Shown here: positions 30,957 through 40,763 of the stretch, piece by piece
Layout: the number at the start of each line of letters is the position of its first letter
Numbering within the stretch: the first letter of the stretch is position 1
Sequence record: SRR22947727_2831
Length of the DNA: 64,000 nucleotides
Strand: one strand, 5' to 3'
Made by a program: the position numbers and the translations under genes
Notes under the pieces: generated by a model
Databases searched by the model: none
Seen by the model: only the letters and a program-made list of their open reading frames with translations
What the model was told of the DNA's origin: nothing

Positions 30957-31008
30957 TCCTCCACACCTGTGGACAACTTTGCGTAGTTTTCCACAGCTCT
31001 GGGGAAAC
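30957..31008. promoter_or_regulatory. DnaA-box cluster upstream of nrdA
   Basis: TTGTCCACA (minus, 30968-30976), TTTTCCACA (30987-30995) and weaker TCCTCCACA (30957-30965). Confidence 0.6.
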
Positions 31009-31080
31009 TTTTTTCGCCCTCAGAGGCCACTGTTTCAGGGACCACTGACACTCTGAGGGCGGGCGTAAGCTGAGCTAGTT

Positions 31081-32289
31081 GTGAACAAATACGCTGACCT
31101 GTTGAAAACTGCCGGAGTGGCCAGAATCATTTCTGCCCAGCTCACCGCGAGGCTCCCTTCGGGAATGATCTCCCTGGCGTACCTGCTCCACATCGAGCAG
31201 ATCTTCAACTCCTACGGCCTGGCCGGTTTAGTTCTCGCGGCGACCAGTTTTGGTCAAGCTCTGGCAGGACCACTCACATCACGGTGGATGGGTTACTGGG
31301 GGATGCGCCCCGTCATTATTCTCACGATCATCGTCTCGGCTTTCAGTATGGCCGGCATAGCGTTTGTCGCTATGCCCATTGGTGCCTACATTGCTGTCGG
31401 CTTCGTGGGAGGTCTTGCAACACCCCCGATTCAGCCCGCCGTTCGCACTATCTACCCCACCATGGTGACCTCCAAGCAACTGACTCCGCTGTTTTCTCTC
31501 GATGCCTCCGCTCAGGAGATCATTTGGATCGCGGGCCCCGTCGTTACCACTTTCATTGCCACCCAGATTTCCACCCAACTCGCCATCATTGTGGCGGGTG
31601 GATTCCTGATCCTCGGCGGGCTCTGGTTCCTCTCCTGCAAGGAACTCGGCGAGGTCAAAATCCCGCAGAGCAAGAACAAGATGGGTGTTGTCCTGCGCAA
31701 ACCCGCTGTCGTGCTCGCCACCGTCGTGGGGTTCCTCCTGATTGGCGCTGCCGCTGCGGTGGAGGTGGCAGTCGTGTCCGTGTTTGGTCACGGTGGCCCC
31801 GAAGCCGGAATTGTCCTCTCCATCTGGGCTATCGGATCCATCATTGGTGGGCTAGCACTCGGAGGTCTCGCGATTGGGCCCTGGGCACTCGCCGCCCGCA
31901 TGCTCGTCGTCTTTATCGGCATCGCGATGGCCGGAGCCATCCTCGACTTCTGGTGGATTGCCTTTGCCCTGCTGATTGCGGGAGCGGGGATTGCCCCCGC
32001 GCTGGCTGTCATGTTCGCCATCGTCTCCTCGAGCGTGAAATTCTCCGACACTGCAGAGGCTTACGGCTGGATGGGGTCGGGACAGTTGGTGGGCGCTGCC
32101 CTGGGATCAGCGGTGGCGGGATTTGCCATCGATGGTTTCGGGTCAGTCGGTGGGTTTGTCGCCGCGAGTATCTTCGCGCTCCTCGGATTCCTGGTGCCAG
32201 CGCTCTTCAAGAGCGCCCACCCGGACCTCCGAGGCAAAGACGCCATGCCTCTGCCCGACACAGAACCTGTCCAAATCATCAAGCGCTAG
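31081..32289 (+). CDS. MFS transporter
   Basis: About 12 TM; ARLPSGM, GPLTSRWMG..G.RPV, EIIWIAGP. Confidence 0.9.
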   Translation: MNKYADLLKTAGVARIISAQLTARLPSGMISLAYLLHIEQIFNSYGLAGLVLAATSFGQALAGPLTSRWMGYWGMRPVIILTIIVSAFSMAGIAFVAMPIGAYIAVGFVGGLATPPIQPAVRTIYPTMVTSKQLTPLFSLDASAQEIIWIAGPVVTTFIATQISTQLAIIVAGGFLILGGLWFLSCKELGEVKIPQSKNKMGVVLRKPAVVLATVVGFLLIGAAAAVEVAVVSVFGHGGPEAGIVLSIWAIGSIIGGLALGGLAIGPWALAARMLVVFIGIAMAGAILDFWWIAFALLIAGAGIAPALAVMFAIVSSSVKFSDTAEAYGWMGSGQLVGAALGSAVAGFAIDGFGSVGGFVAASIFALLGFLVPALFKSAHPDLRGKDAMPLPDTEPVQIIKR

Positions 32290-32298
32290 CACGACGAA

Positions 32299-32895
32299 CT
32301 ACAGAAACAGCACCGGAATCATCGAAGCCACCAGAGCCAGGGCCATCACGGTGGTAAACGCCTTTTGTGAACGTGGAGTCCGAAGCCACCGCGAGAGGAG
32401 TGTTCCCACCACGACCCAGAGGATGGCGCCTGGCATGGTGAATCCAATGAACATGGCCACAGCAACCAGAACACTCGGAGCACCCAGCTCCACGGGAACA
32501 TAGGCCGTCACAAACGTGGCAATCACAATCCAGGCTTTCGGGTTCACCCACTGAAATAGGGTGGCCCGCCCGATGGTGGTGGGTGGCCCGGCCTCCTCCC
32601 CCGGTTGGGGAAGTGCTGCGCGATAAATCCGCCACGCCATATAGAGGACGTAGGCGAATCCTGCGTACTTCATCACCTCATAGACGGCGGGGTAGGCGGT
32701 GAAGAACGCCCCTAGCCCCGCACTCATGGCGATGACCATCACCGAAAGCCCGATGACCATCCCCACGAGGTGAGGCAGTGCTCCTTTGTGTCCAAATCGT
32801 GCCGAGAGAGTCAGCAAAACCGTGTTGTTGGGACCGGGGCTGACCGCGGTGACAAACGAGTAGATCGCCATCAAACCCAGTACTTGCAGATCCAC
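32299..32895 (-). CDS. LysE family translocator
   Basis: SPGPNN, ARFG, GFAYVLYMAW, FQWVNPKAW. Confidence 0.9.
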   Translation of the reverse strand: MDLQVLGLMAIYSFVTAVSPGPNNTVLLTLSARFGHKGALPHLVGMVIGLSVMVIAMSAGLGAFFTAYPAVYEVMKYAGFAYVLYMAWRIYRAALPQPGEEAGPPTTIGRATLFQWVNPKAWIVIATFVTAYVPVELGAPSVLVAVAMFIGFTMPGAILWVVVGTLLSRWLRTPRSQKAFTTVMALALVASMIPVLFL

Positions 32896-32926
32896 TCCCA
32901 CAGGATAGGCCCCTACACTTCCGGGC

Positions 32927-33214
32927 ATGAGCGCTCCGTGCACCGTCTTCGTGCGACTGACACCACTACCCGGCAAGCGCGAGTTCGCTCGCGCTCTCAT
33001 CCTCGAGCTCATCCCCGAGATTCGGGCCCTGGAGGGGTGCGAGGAGTATCGACTCTTCGACGCCGTCGATGGTGACCTGATGCTCTACGAGCGCTTCACC
33101 ACCCGTGAGCACTGGCAAGCACACTTTGACGCTCCCGCCATCCTCCGGCTGAAAGCCGAACTCGCTGACGCCGTGGTGCTCCCGGTGGAGCGCCTGGAAA
33201 CTTACGAGGCTTAG
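32927..33214 (+). CDS. ABM-domain putative quinol monooxygenase
   Basis: PGKR, EGCEEYRL, YERFTTREHWQAH. Confidence 0.8.
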   Translation: MSAPCTVFVRLTPLPGKREFARALILELIPEIRALEGCEEYRLFDAVDGDLMLYERFTTREHWQAHFDAPAILRLKAELADAVVLPVERLETYEA

Positions 33215-34017
33215 GGAAGCGGGTCGCCTACAGCGCCCAGGAGATAGCGCTCCAAAGTTCCTTGGGCAGAGGAGGATCCCCCGTGCTGGCCTTGGAACTG
33301 GCTCGTGCCATCGGTTCCGCAGAGGCCCACAATGCGACTAGCTCCGCCCGGATGGGAGTCAATCCACTCGGTCAGGTCATACACGTTGTCGCCAATGATG
33401 GCCCAGCAGCTGGCAGGCGAGTTGTTGGAGGCCACGGTCTCGAGGCCGAGAACATCGCTGCCATAACTCGCCCCGGTGCCACCATCTGGCTCCACCGGAA
33501 TCATCTCGTCGTCTGTATCCATCTCGGTGACCGCAGAGTCAGTGTTCTCGATGCGCTCTGACCAGGTCTCTTCCGTACCGGAGTGACCCGCCAGAACAGT
33601 GACGACCACCGCGATGATTCCCACCACGACGATGACGCCTCCTATAACGGCGGCCAGAACTTTTCCACGAGACGATGCCATGCGCGCCACGATAAGCCAG
33701 ATAACTGAAAGAACTGCGAGAGCTGCGGCAACCGGGGGAAGCATCTCGCCCCATTCAGAGTGTTGACCAGCGGATCCCACCCGAGCTTCGAGGGCCTCGC
33801 CTGATTGCTCGGCGATGATCGCGGTGATCGCTCCAAGAATGGCCAGGCCCACTGCCGGGTAGCGATAGTGCGCGCGCAGCCTCGGAATCGCGACCACCAG
33901 AATCAAGCTCAGAACCGCGAGGGGGAGAACGATGACGACCGCGTGCGTGATGAATACATGGACCGGTAGCCCGGTAATCAGATCAAAAGGACCAGTCGAG
34001 GCAGGCGCTTGCGGCAT
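33211..34017 (-). CDS. DUF2231-like membrane domain fused to a cytochrome b5 heme-binding domain
   Basis: GLPVHVFITH, SGE, H...G, AGHSG in 4 TM; C-terminal CWAIIGDNVYDLTEWIDSHPGG...CGTDGT..F..QH. Confidence 0.8.
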   Translation of the reverse strand: MPQAPASTGPFDLITGLPVHVFITHAVVIVLPLAVLSLILVVAIPRLRAHYRYPAVGLAILGAITAIIAEQSGEALEARVGSAGQHSEWGEMLPPVAAALAVLSVIWLIVARMASSRGKVLAAVIGGVIVVVGIIAVVVTVLAGHSGTEETWSERIENTDSAVTEMDTDDEMIPVEPDGGTGASYGSDVLGLETVASNNSPASCWAIIGDNVYDLTEWIDSHPGGASRIVGLCGTDGTSQFQGQHGGSSSAQGTLERYLLGAVGDPLP

Positions 34018-34099
34018 GGCTCAAGTGTAGAAAGCGCAACTTTGTGGGCACTGTGCGACACCTCGGCATTTGCCAAGAACCCCGATAAGTTAGGGCATT

Positions 34100-34729
34100 G
34101 TGAAAAAGAGCGCAGTGATTCCCTCTTCCCGGAAAATAAGAGGCAGCCTCGACATCTCCATGGGGATTCTCATCATCGCCGCCTACATCGATCTCATCTC
34201 AGGTCAGCTGGTGGAGGGAACTTTCACACCCGCGACCCACTTTGCGTATCTCACGAACCAGACCAGCTACTCCAACATTGTGGTGTTGATTGCCGGGGGC
34301 CTTCTCGCGTGGAGCAAAGCCGTCGACACTGTGCTCTATGCCACAGTGCGCGCGAATTTCACTGTCTACGCCGTGGTGGTGGGGTTGGTCTACAACTGGC
34401 TCCTGCGAGAGCCCGATCACTTTGATTTCCACAACGAAGTCACCCACGTCGCTATCCCCATCTATCTCTTGACGGACTGGGTTATTCGCGCGATGCGACC
34501 CCGCATTGGCTGGAACACGGTCTGGATCGGAGCCTCCTACCCCCTCGCCTGGGCACTGATAACTCTTGTTCGGGGAGAGTTTGTGGACTGGTACCCCTAC
34601 TTCTTCCTCGACCCCACCGGGTCACTCGGCTGGGGCGGAGTCAGCGTATACATCGTCGGAATCACTGGGATTTTCTTGGCAGGTATAGCTGGCGCAGTAG
34701 CCATTAACCACTCTCACCAGCGCAACTAG
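34100..34729 (+). CDS. Pr6Pr/FAR-17a-like membrane protein
   Basis: FAYLTNQT, GLVYNWLL, H..P...DW, YPLAW, RG...WYPYFFLDP. Confidence 0.75.
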   Translation: MKKSAVIPSSRKIRGSLDISMGILIIAAYIDLISGQLVEGTFTPATHFAYLTNQTSYSNIVVLIAGGLLAWSKAVDTVLYATVRANFTVYAVVVGLVYNWLLREPDHFDFHNEVTHVAIPIYLLTDWVIRAMRPRIGWNTVWIGASYPLAWALITLVRGEFVDWYPYFFLDPTGSLGWGGVSVYIVGITGIFLAGIAGAVAINHSHQRN

Positions 34730-34733
34730 AGCG

Positions 34734-34895
34734 CTACTGGGGCCGCTTTCGCCACCAGGTAAACCCATAGATCACCGCAGCAATCACGAAAGCGCTGACG
34801 TAGAGCTCCCAGACATCCGACCAGATGGAGAGGATGGCCAGGGTTCCTAGCACCAGCCGCGCAGCCAACCAGACCAGGTGAGCGAGAAGCGACAT
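34734..34895 (-). CDS. 53-aa two-TM hypothetical protein (not in ORF track)
   Basis: Manual translation MSLLAHLVWLAARLVLGTLAILSIWSDVWELYVSAFVIAAVIYGFTWWRKRPQ; starts 2 nt after the upstream stop, AGGA upstream. Confidence 0.6.
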   Translation of the reverse strand: MSLLAHLVWLAARLVLGTLAILSIWSDVWELYVSAFVIAAVIYGFTWWRKRPQ

Positions 34896-34897
34896 CC

Positions 34898-35071
34898 CTA
34901 TTCCTGATCAGGCTTCTTGCGCAGCGACGAGAAGACCCCGAAAAGTCCGTACCCCAACAGAAGAACCGTGGCGATGGTGGCGAGGAAAGGGTCGGCCTCG
35001 AAAGCTTGCTCCCGAATCGTCACCCACAGGGCGATGGAGAGCACACCGGTGATCAGGAAGGGGTTCTTCAT
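34898..35071 (-). CDS. 57-aa two-TM hypothetical protein
   Basis: MKNPFLITG...two hydrophobic segments...LRKKPDQE; TACGCT 6 nt before the ATG. Confidence 0.6.
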   Translation of the reverse strand: MKNPFLITGVLSIALWVTIREQAFEADPFLATIATVLLLGYGLFGVFSSLRKKPDQE

Positions 35072-35120
35072 GGTGCCAGCGTAATTGGAGGGACGAATAT
35101 CCCGCTGCAACGCTCGGCAG

Positions 35121-36458
35121 TCACGAGGGAAAGATTGCTTTCCCCGGGTTCAAGATCCCTTGGGGGTCTAGAGCTGCTTTTATTCGAGCGAGCACATCGA
35201 GGTTCTCTGCTCCCAGTTCTGGAAGAAGCCAGTCCTTCTTGAGGGTTCCAATCCCGTGCTCACCGGACAGAGTCCCACCCAGAGCGTTGGCGGCCCAGAA
35301 GATCTGATTCATCGCCTCCTTGGGTGCGCCACGATCGATCAGCTCACCGGGGCGAAGCGCCAGAATCGGATGCAGGTTCCCATCACCGGCGTGCGCGACC
35401 GTGTACAGGTCAACTCCAGTCTCCTCACCAATGCGGTGGATTTCTGCTGCCATGGCTCCGAGGTGTTTTCGTGGGACACCCACATCCCCCACATAGGCAA
35501 CCCCGTGGCGACCAATCGCGTGGATAGCGTGACGCCGTGCTTCGACCAAAACTTCAGATTCCACAGGATTGGTCGTCACCGCCATGCTGGAGGAAAAGCC
35601 CTCGACCACCGAGGTGATGACATCCATTTCTAGAGCTGCGCCATAGCCATCTGTTTGGACCAGCAGCATGGCACCGCCGTGGTCGCGGTGCGTGGTGCCA
35701 GTGTCATCATCGATGGCCTGAAGGGTTTTGCCATCCATGAGCTCCAGAATCATCGGCTGCACTCCGGAGCTCACGATTGCTGATGCGCACTGCGCCGCCT
35801 GAACCACATCGTCGAAATATGCCGAGAGGGTCGACACGGCGACCGGTGCTGGACGCAATCGAAGCGTTGCCTCCACCACGACTCCCAGAGTGCCCTCTGA
35901 CCCAATCATCAGTGCAGTGAGGTCATAGCCACTGACTCGTTTAATGGTTGTGCCCCCGGTGCGAATAATCGAGCCATCGGCGAGGACAACGGTCAAACCC
36001 AACACTGATTCGCGGGTCACCCCGTATTTTGCGCAGCGCATGCCCCCGGCATTGGTGGCGATGTTTCCCCCGATCGAGCAGTACGTCATGCTGGCGGGGT
36101 CGGGGGCATAGAACAAACCGTGGGGTTCGGCGGCAGCGCTGACCTCAGAGTTCAAGACTCCCGCTTGGACCACCGCAATCTGCTCCACCGGATCGAGCTC
36201 AAGAATCGTGGTCATGGACCCTAGGTCCAGAACAATCTCCCCAGCGGATGCGGACGCACCCGCGGCAAGGCCAGAGCCTGACCCTCGGGTAACCACGGGA
36301 ATTCCTTCCCGCGAGGCGTAGCGAAGGGTGGCGACAACATCGTCGATGCTGGTCGCGATCACAAGACCATCGGGCAGTGTCTCTGGGACATACCCGGAGC
36401 TGTCCGTTCGGACACGCTCCAAAGATTCCAGATCTGTCAAGAGAACTGGATCGTCCAT
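35121..36458 (-). CDS. FAD-linked oxidase, GlcD / D-lactate dehydrogenase family
   Basis: RGSGSGLAAG, YAPDPAS, IGGNIATNAGG..C.KYG, GSEGTLG, HAGDGNLH, SGEHGIG, DPQGILNPGK. Confidence 0.9.
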   Translation of the reverse strand: MDDPVLLTDLESLERVRTDSSGYVPETLPDGLVIATSIDDVVATLRYASREGIPVVTRGSGSGLAAGASASAGEIVLDLGSMTTILELDPVEQIAVVQAGVLNSEVSAAAEPHGLFYAPDPASMTYCSIGGNIATNAGGMRCAKYGVTRESVLGLTVVLADGSIIRTGGTTIKRVSGYDLTALMIGSEGTLGVVVEATLRLRPAPVAVSTLSAYFDDVVQAAQCASAIVSSGVQPMILELMDGKTLQAIDDDTGTTHRDHGGAMLLVQTDGYGAALEMDVITSVVEGFSSSMAVTTNPVESEVLVEARRHAIHAIGRHGVAYVGDVGVPRKHLGAMAAEIHRIGEETGVDLYTVAHAGDGNLHPILALRPGELIDRGAPKEAMNQIFWAANALGGTLSGEHGIGTLKKDWLLPELGAENLDVLARIKAALDPQGILNPGKAIFPS

Positions 36459-36615
36459 AGTGACCCCCACAGTGCCGTGGGAAACCCCAAAGGCATCCCA
36501 GTGATATCCGCAACTGTAGCGATACCGAGTGCGCCAGGGCTGGGCAGAATGAGCGGCCTCACGAAAGTGATGGGTATTTCTGTAAAGATGGCGATAACAG
36601 ACCCACAAGGACTCC

Positions 36616-36930
36616 ATGAACACTGCCTGCGTCGTCATCGCCACCTTTACGCCCAAGCCTGATCACTACGACGAGGTGAAGCGCGTGCTTCTCGAGGTGT
36701 CACCTGAGGTTCACCAGGAGGAGGGCTGTGAGCTCTATGCACTCCACGAAGAAGTGGACGGCACTCTCGTCCTTATCGAGAAGTGGACCAGCCGGGAGCT
36801 GTGGCAAGCGCACTTACCGTTGGACACTGTTACCCGCATCCAGAAGGGCGTTGAGGGTCTCCTCGAGGGAGACGTGGAGGTCCGCGAGATGTATGGCGTC
36901 ACCGACACGTCCTACCCAGAATCGCTCTAG
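36616..36930 (+). CDS. ABM-domain putative quinol monooxygenase
   Basis: VHQEEGCELYALH, LIEKWTSRE..QAH. Confidence 0.85.
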   Translation: MNTACVVIATFTPKPDHYDEVKRVLLEVSPEVHQEEGCELYALHEEVDGTLVLIEKWTSRELWQAHLPLDTVTRIQKGVEGLLEGDVEVREMYGVTDTSYPESL

Positions 36931-36937
36931 GTCACCT

Positions 36938-37387
36938 ATGGCGCTGGTCATCAGGGAAGCGAAGTCCTCCGAGGTGAATCACCTCATGGAGGCCTCCACC
37001 ATCCTGTTGCAATCGCTGTACCCGGAGGAGAGTATCCACCTCGTCGACTCTGATGACCTGAGCGAACCGGGGAACCTACTCCTCGCCGCAGAAGAGCTGG
37101 ACACTTTGATGGCCTGTGTGGGATATGTGAACAAGGGCACCTATGCCGAAGTGAAGAGATTGTTCGTCAGTCAAGAGTTTCGGAGCCAAGGCGTCGCCCG
37201 AGTCTTGATGGCGGAGTTGGAGAGCCGCGCCTTTGGTGCCGGGTTTACGGTGTTGCGCTTGGAAACCGGAATTCACCAGCCAGAAGCGATGGCACTGTAT
37301 GAGTCCCTGGGGTATCACATCCGCACACCCTTCGGGGGCTACATCGATGATCCACTCAGTGTCTTTATGGAGAAGAAGCTGGCCTAA
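36938..37387 (+). CDS. GNAT acetyltransferase
   Basis: EVKRLFV..EFRSQGVA, LETGIHQPEA..LY...GY, FGGY. Confidence 0.88.
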   Translation: MALVIREAKSSEVNHLMEASTILLQSLYPEESIHLVDSDDLSEPGNLLLAAEELDTLMACVGYVNKGTYAEVKRLFVSQEFRSQGVARVLMAELESRAFGAGFTVLRLETGIHQPEAMALYESLGYHIRTPFGGYIDDPLSVFMEKKLA

Positions 37388-37496
37388 GAGGGCGAGCTTG
37401 TCGCGGTGGAGCAAATCTGCCTTGTCCCCTGTCAAGAATTTGCCCCCAAAACAAACCATCGGGAACTCTCCCCGGCGCCCCTTTAGACTGTGGGCC

Positions 37497-38252
37497 ATGG
37501 TCGCTCTCACCCTCCCCCGACTTCACTGGGGACAGGCCAGCGCCGCCCACAAAGCCCTCGTCGTGCATGGGCTCGGATCGTCCGCCGCCACAACCTGGCA
37601 GGTGTCAGAGGCTCTAGCGGAAGCAGGATGGTCTGCCACCGCGGTTGACCTTCGTGGTCACGGACTCGCCCCCCGGGCCACCCGCTATCGCATCGAAGAC
37701 TTCGCAGAGGACCTAGCCTCCGCCTCTCCTGATGGCGGTGGGAGCTGGGAAGTGGTGGTTGGTCACTCCATTGGGGCCGCAAGCGCTGTCATGGCCGCCC
37801 ACCGGGCTCCGACCTGGACCAAGAGGCTGGTCCTGTTGGACCCGGCTCTGGAACTAGGCGAAGCCACCAAGAATCAGGTGTTGGAGAACCAACGCCAGGG
37901 TCACCTGCATCAATCGGTTGACGACATTCGCCAGGCAAACCCGCACTGGCACCCGCTGGATGTCGAACTCAAAGTGCAGGCGCACAAGCAGGCCAGTTTG
38001 TTTGCTCTCGAGCACGCAGTGTTCGACAACGATCCTTGGAACGTCACCGAGGAGGCCACCTCGCTCGCCATTCCCACCCACGTCATTGGAGCAGACCCCT
38101 CACAGGGCTCCATGTTCTATAACGAGTATGCACAGCGGATGGTCGAGGCGAATCCGCACATGACCTATGTGGTGATCGAGGGTGCCGGACACAGCGTCCA
38201 TCGGGATAAGCCTCAGGACACCATCGAGGCCATCCTGAGCTTTGTGAGCTAA
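37497..38252 (+). CDS. Alpha/beta hydrolase
   Basis: VHGLG, DLRGHG, GHSIG nucleophile elbow, GAGH. Confidence 0.88.
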   Translation: MVALTLPRLHWGQASAAHKALVVHGLGSSAATTWQVSEALAEAGWSATAVDLRGHGLAPRATRYRIEDFAEDLASASPDGGGSWEVVVGHSIGAASAVMAAHRAPTWTKRLVLLDPALELGEATKNQVLENQRQGHLHQSVDDIRQANPHWHPLDVELKVQAHKQASLFALEHAVFDNDPWNVTEEATSLAIPTHVIGADPSQGSMFYNEYAQRMVEANPHMTYVVIEGAGHSVHRDKPQDTIEAILSFVS

Positions 38253-39082
38253 GCCCGGCCCTTCACCACACGAATAGGCGTGGTGGGCGGGCTCGGGTTA
38301 TCGACTAGTCGCGCAAGCTCCTCAGCAAATTTCTCCCGAATCACGTGATCCGCACCGTCAACTTTGGTGGAGGCAACACCGCGCATTCTCTCGAGGATGC
38401 GAAGCCCCGCTGGTGCCATGAACGGGTCTCTGGTGCCCCATATGGCATCGACCGGGATTTTTACCTGTGCCAAATCGGTCATCGCGGTTTGCTGTTCGAT
38501 GCAGTTCTCCAGCGACAAGCTGATCGCTCGCCAGTTCTTCTCCGTCACCTCGAGACCGCCCTTCATCGGCACCAGCAGCGAAGCGGCTCTGGCGGCAGCT
38601 TCGGTGAAAGTTCGATTGGTCCGCATATAGTTCTGGAGCTTCCGATAGGCCTCCATTTGGAAGCGCTCCAACGGGTCCAACACAGTATTGCCCGGCAGAT
38701 AAATCGGCGGCGAGACAAGAATCAGGTGGGAGAGGAGGGAGGGATTCTGGGCAGCAAAGCGCGCGGCAATTAATGAACCCAGGGAGTGCCCCACCAGGGT
38801 GGCCCTGCCACTGATTTTCAAGGCACGAATGGTTCTCGACACAGCGTCCACGTGCTCTTCCAACGTGTAGGTCGCCGTGGTGGGGGCTGGTGACTTACCA
38901 AAGCCCAAAAGGTCGATAGAAATCACCCGGTGGTTACCGCGAAGGAGCGGGACAACCATGTCATAGGTCACCGAGGAGGATGCGATGCCGTGCAGCAGGA
39001 TGACCGGATGACCCTCGCCCTCATCGAGTGCAACGTGGAGCCGTGGGGCCCCCGTACCAAAAAGGAACTCGCGAATTCCCAT
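38249..39082 (-). CDS. Alpha/beta hydrolase
   Basis: LHGIAS, DLLGFG, GHSLG, WGTRD, GADH. Confidence 0.88.
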   Translation of the reverse strand: MGIREFLFGTGAPRLHVALDEGEGHPVILLHGIASSSVTYDMVVPLLRGNHRVISIDLLGFGKSPAPTTATYTLEEHVDAVSRTIRALKISGRATLVGHSLGSLIAARFAAQNPSLLSHLILVSPPIYLPGNTVLDPLERFQMEAYRKLQNYMRTNRTFTEAAARAASLLVPMKGGLEVTEKNWRAISLSLENCIEQQTAMTDLAQVKIPVDAIWGTRDPFMAPAGLRILERMRGVASTKVDGADHVIREKFAEELARLVDNPSPPTTPIRVVKGRA

Positions 39083-39179
39083 ACTCCTAGTATCGCTCTT
39101 CCGGAATGGCTCACAGCACATAGCAATTCGTTATCGACTGTAACCATGCTGTAACCGGGTCCGGCTCTAGGGTGATGCC

Positions 39180-40052
39180 ATGACACTTGTGACCAAGCTC
39201 TCGGCTCTGACCCTCGCCTCAATCCTCACCCTGACGGGGTGTGCGGCAAGCATCGAGTCCTACGAGGAATCCAGCGTCAGCATGGGCTCCCCCGAGATCG
39301 CCTACACCGAGGACATGGCTGTTGAGATGGACATGCAGGTTCGTGCAGACGACAGCTCTGGGTCCTTTGAGCCGGACATCATCCGCACTGGATACCTCTC
39401 GCTCTCCGTCGATTCTCCCGCCGACACCGCCGATGAGATCACTGAGGTGGTTGAAGCGGCGGGTGGACGTATCGCGTCTCGCTCTGATTACACCCCGGTG
39501 GACTACGGGCAGCCAAGCTCCTATCTCGAGGCGCGGATTCCCTATGAGGTCCTCGATGCCACGGTAGCGAGCCTGCAAGAGCTCGGTGATGTTCAGGAGG
39601 TGTCCCTCAACACCATCGATGTGTCCCTGCAAAAGGTTGACCTTGACGCAAGGATTCAGGTCCTCGAAGCGGCCATCACTCGACTCAACGAGCTTCTCAC
39701 CGAGGCGGAAAGCACCTCCGACCTGATTGCCGTGGAGTCGGCACTGTCGGAGCGGCAAGCAGAACTGGATTCGCTGCAGTCACAGCGTGACTACCTGAGT
39801 GACCAGACCTTGTTCGCCACGCTCAGCATTTCGCTGATTACTCCGGAGAACGCGATGCCCGCTGACCCCGATGGGTTCCTGGATGGCATCGTGCGAGGCT
39901 GGGAGAGCATCTTGGCGTTCTTCGCCGGAACCATTGTCTGGGCAGGGATCCTGGTGCCGTGGCTGGGCCTCGTTGCGGTCGTTGTGTTGGTCACCCTCGT
40001 CGTGCGCCGCATCAGGCGAGGTAGGCTGAAAGGTGACAATACAGAAAGCTGA
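39180..40052 (+). CDS. DUF4349 lipoprotein
   Basis: Lipobox LTGC; IIRTG, RIP, DV...VDLDARI, coiled coil, C-terminal TM with PW. Confidence 0.85.
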   Translation: MTLVTKLSALTLASILTLTGCAASIESYEESSVSMGSPEIAYTEDMAVEMDMQVRADDSSGSFEPDIIRTGYLSLSVDSPADTADEITEVVEAAGGRIASRSDYTPVDYGQPSSYLEARIPYEVLDATVASLQELGDVQEVSLNTIDVSLQKVDLDARIQVLEAAITRLNELLTEAESTSDLIAVESALSERQAELDSLQSQRDYLSDQTLFATLSISLITPENAMPADPDGFLDGIVRGWESILAFFAGTIVWAGILVPWLGLVAVVVLVTLVVRRIRRGRLKGDNTES

Positions 40053-40763
40053 GTGATGATAGCGATTGCGTTTCGGGATTTGACAAAGACCTACGGAAAA
40101 GTTCCCGCAGTCGATAACTTCACCGCCGAGGTTCAGGCTGGCCGCGTCACCGGTTTCTTAGGCCCCAACGGTGCCGGAAAATCCACCGCCTTGCGGTGCC
40201 TCGTAGGTCTCTCACGACCCACCAAAGGTCGAACCAGAATTCTCGGGAAACGCTACCCCCAACTGAAAAACCCCCTGCACCACGTCGGTGCAGTCTTGGA
40301 CTCCCGTGGTTTTCACCCAGGTCTCACCGGTTATCAAAATCTTCGAGTGCTGGCCTCGGTCGGTGGCCTCCCTGGCTCCCGAGTGGATGAGGTGCTGGCT
40401 CAGGTCGAGTTAACCGAGGCGCGAAATAAGAGGGTCAAGGGCTACTCCTTGGGGATGAAGCAGCGGCTGTCGTTGGCGGCAGCGCTCCTGGGTGACCCCG
40501 ACGTCCTCATCCTGGACGAGCCCGCGAATGGTCTCGATCCCGCCGGTATTGCCTGGTTGCGCGGTTTCATTGCCACGCAGGCACAAGCAGGCAAAACCGT
40601 CCTCGTGTCTTCCCACCAACTGGCTGAACTGGAAAACGTTGTTGATGATGTGATCATCATCAACAAAGGCAAGTTGGTGGCCTCCGGTTCACTCCACGAC
40701 GTGACCGGCGATCAAACCCTCGAACAGGCTTTCCTTCGTCTTACCGGGGGTGCCCAGTCATGA
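40053..40763 (+). CDS. ABC exporter ATP-binding protein
   Basis: GPNGAGKST, YSLGMKQR, LILDEP, SSH. Confidence 0.93.
   Translation: MMIAIAFRDLTKTYGKVPAVDNFTAEVQAGRVTGFLGPNGAGKSTALRCLVGLSRPTKGRTRILGKRYPQLKNPLHHVGAVLDSRGFHPGLTGYQNLRVLASVGGLPGSRVDEVLAQVELTEARNKRVKGYSLGMKQRLSLAAALLGDPDVLILDEPANGLDPAGIAWLRGFIATQAQAGKTVLVSSHQLAELENVVDDVIIINKGKLVASGSLHDVTGDQTLEQAFLRLTGGAQS

Noticed and set aside
29163-30986. 607-aa ORF antisense to nrdA and similar long shadow ORFs (1299-2492, 8015-9088, 22695-23684, 44203-45501)
   Set aside because: They have no motifs and are expected by-products of high-GC codon bias opposite conserved genes.
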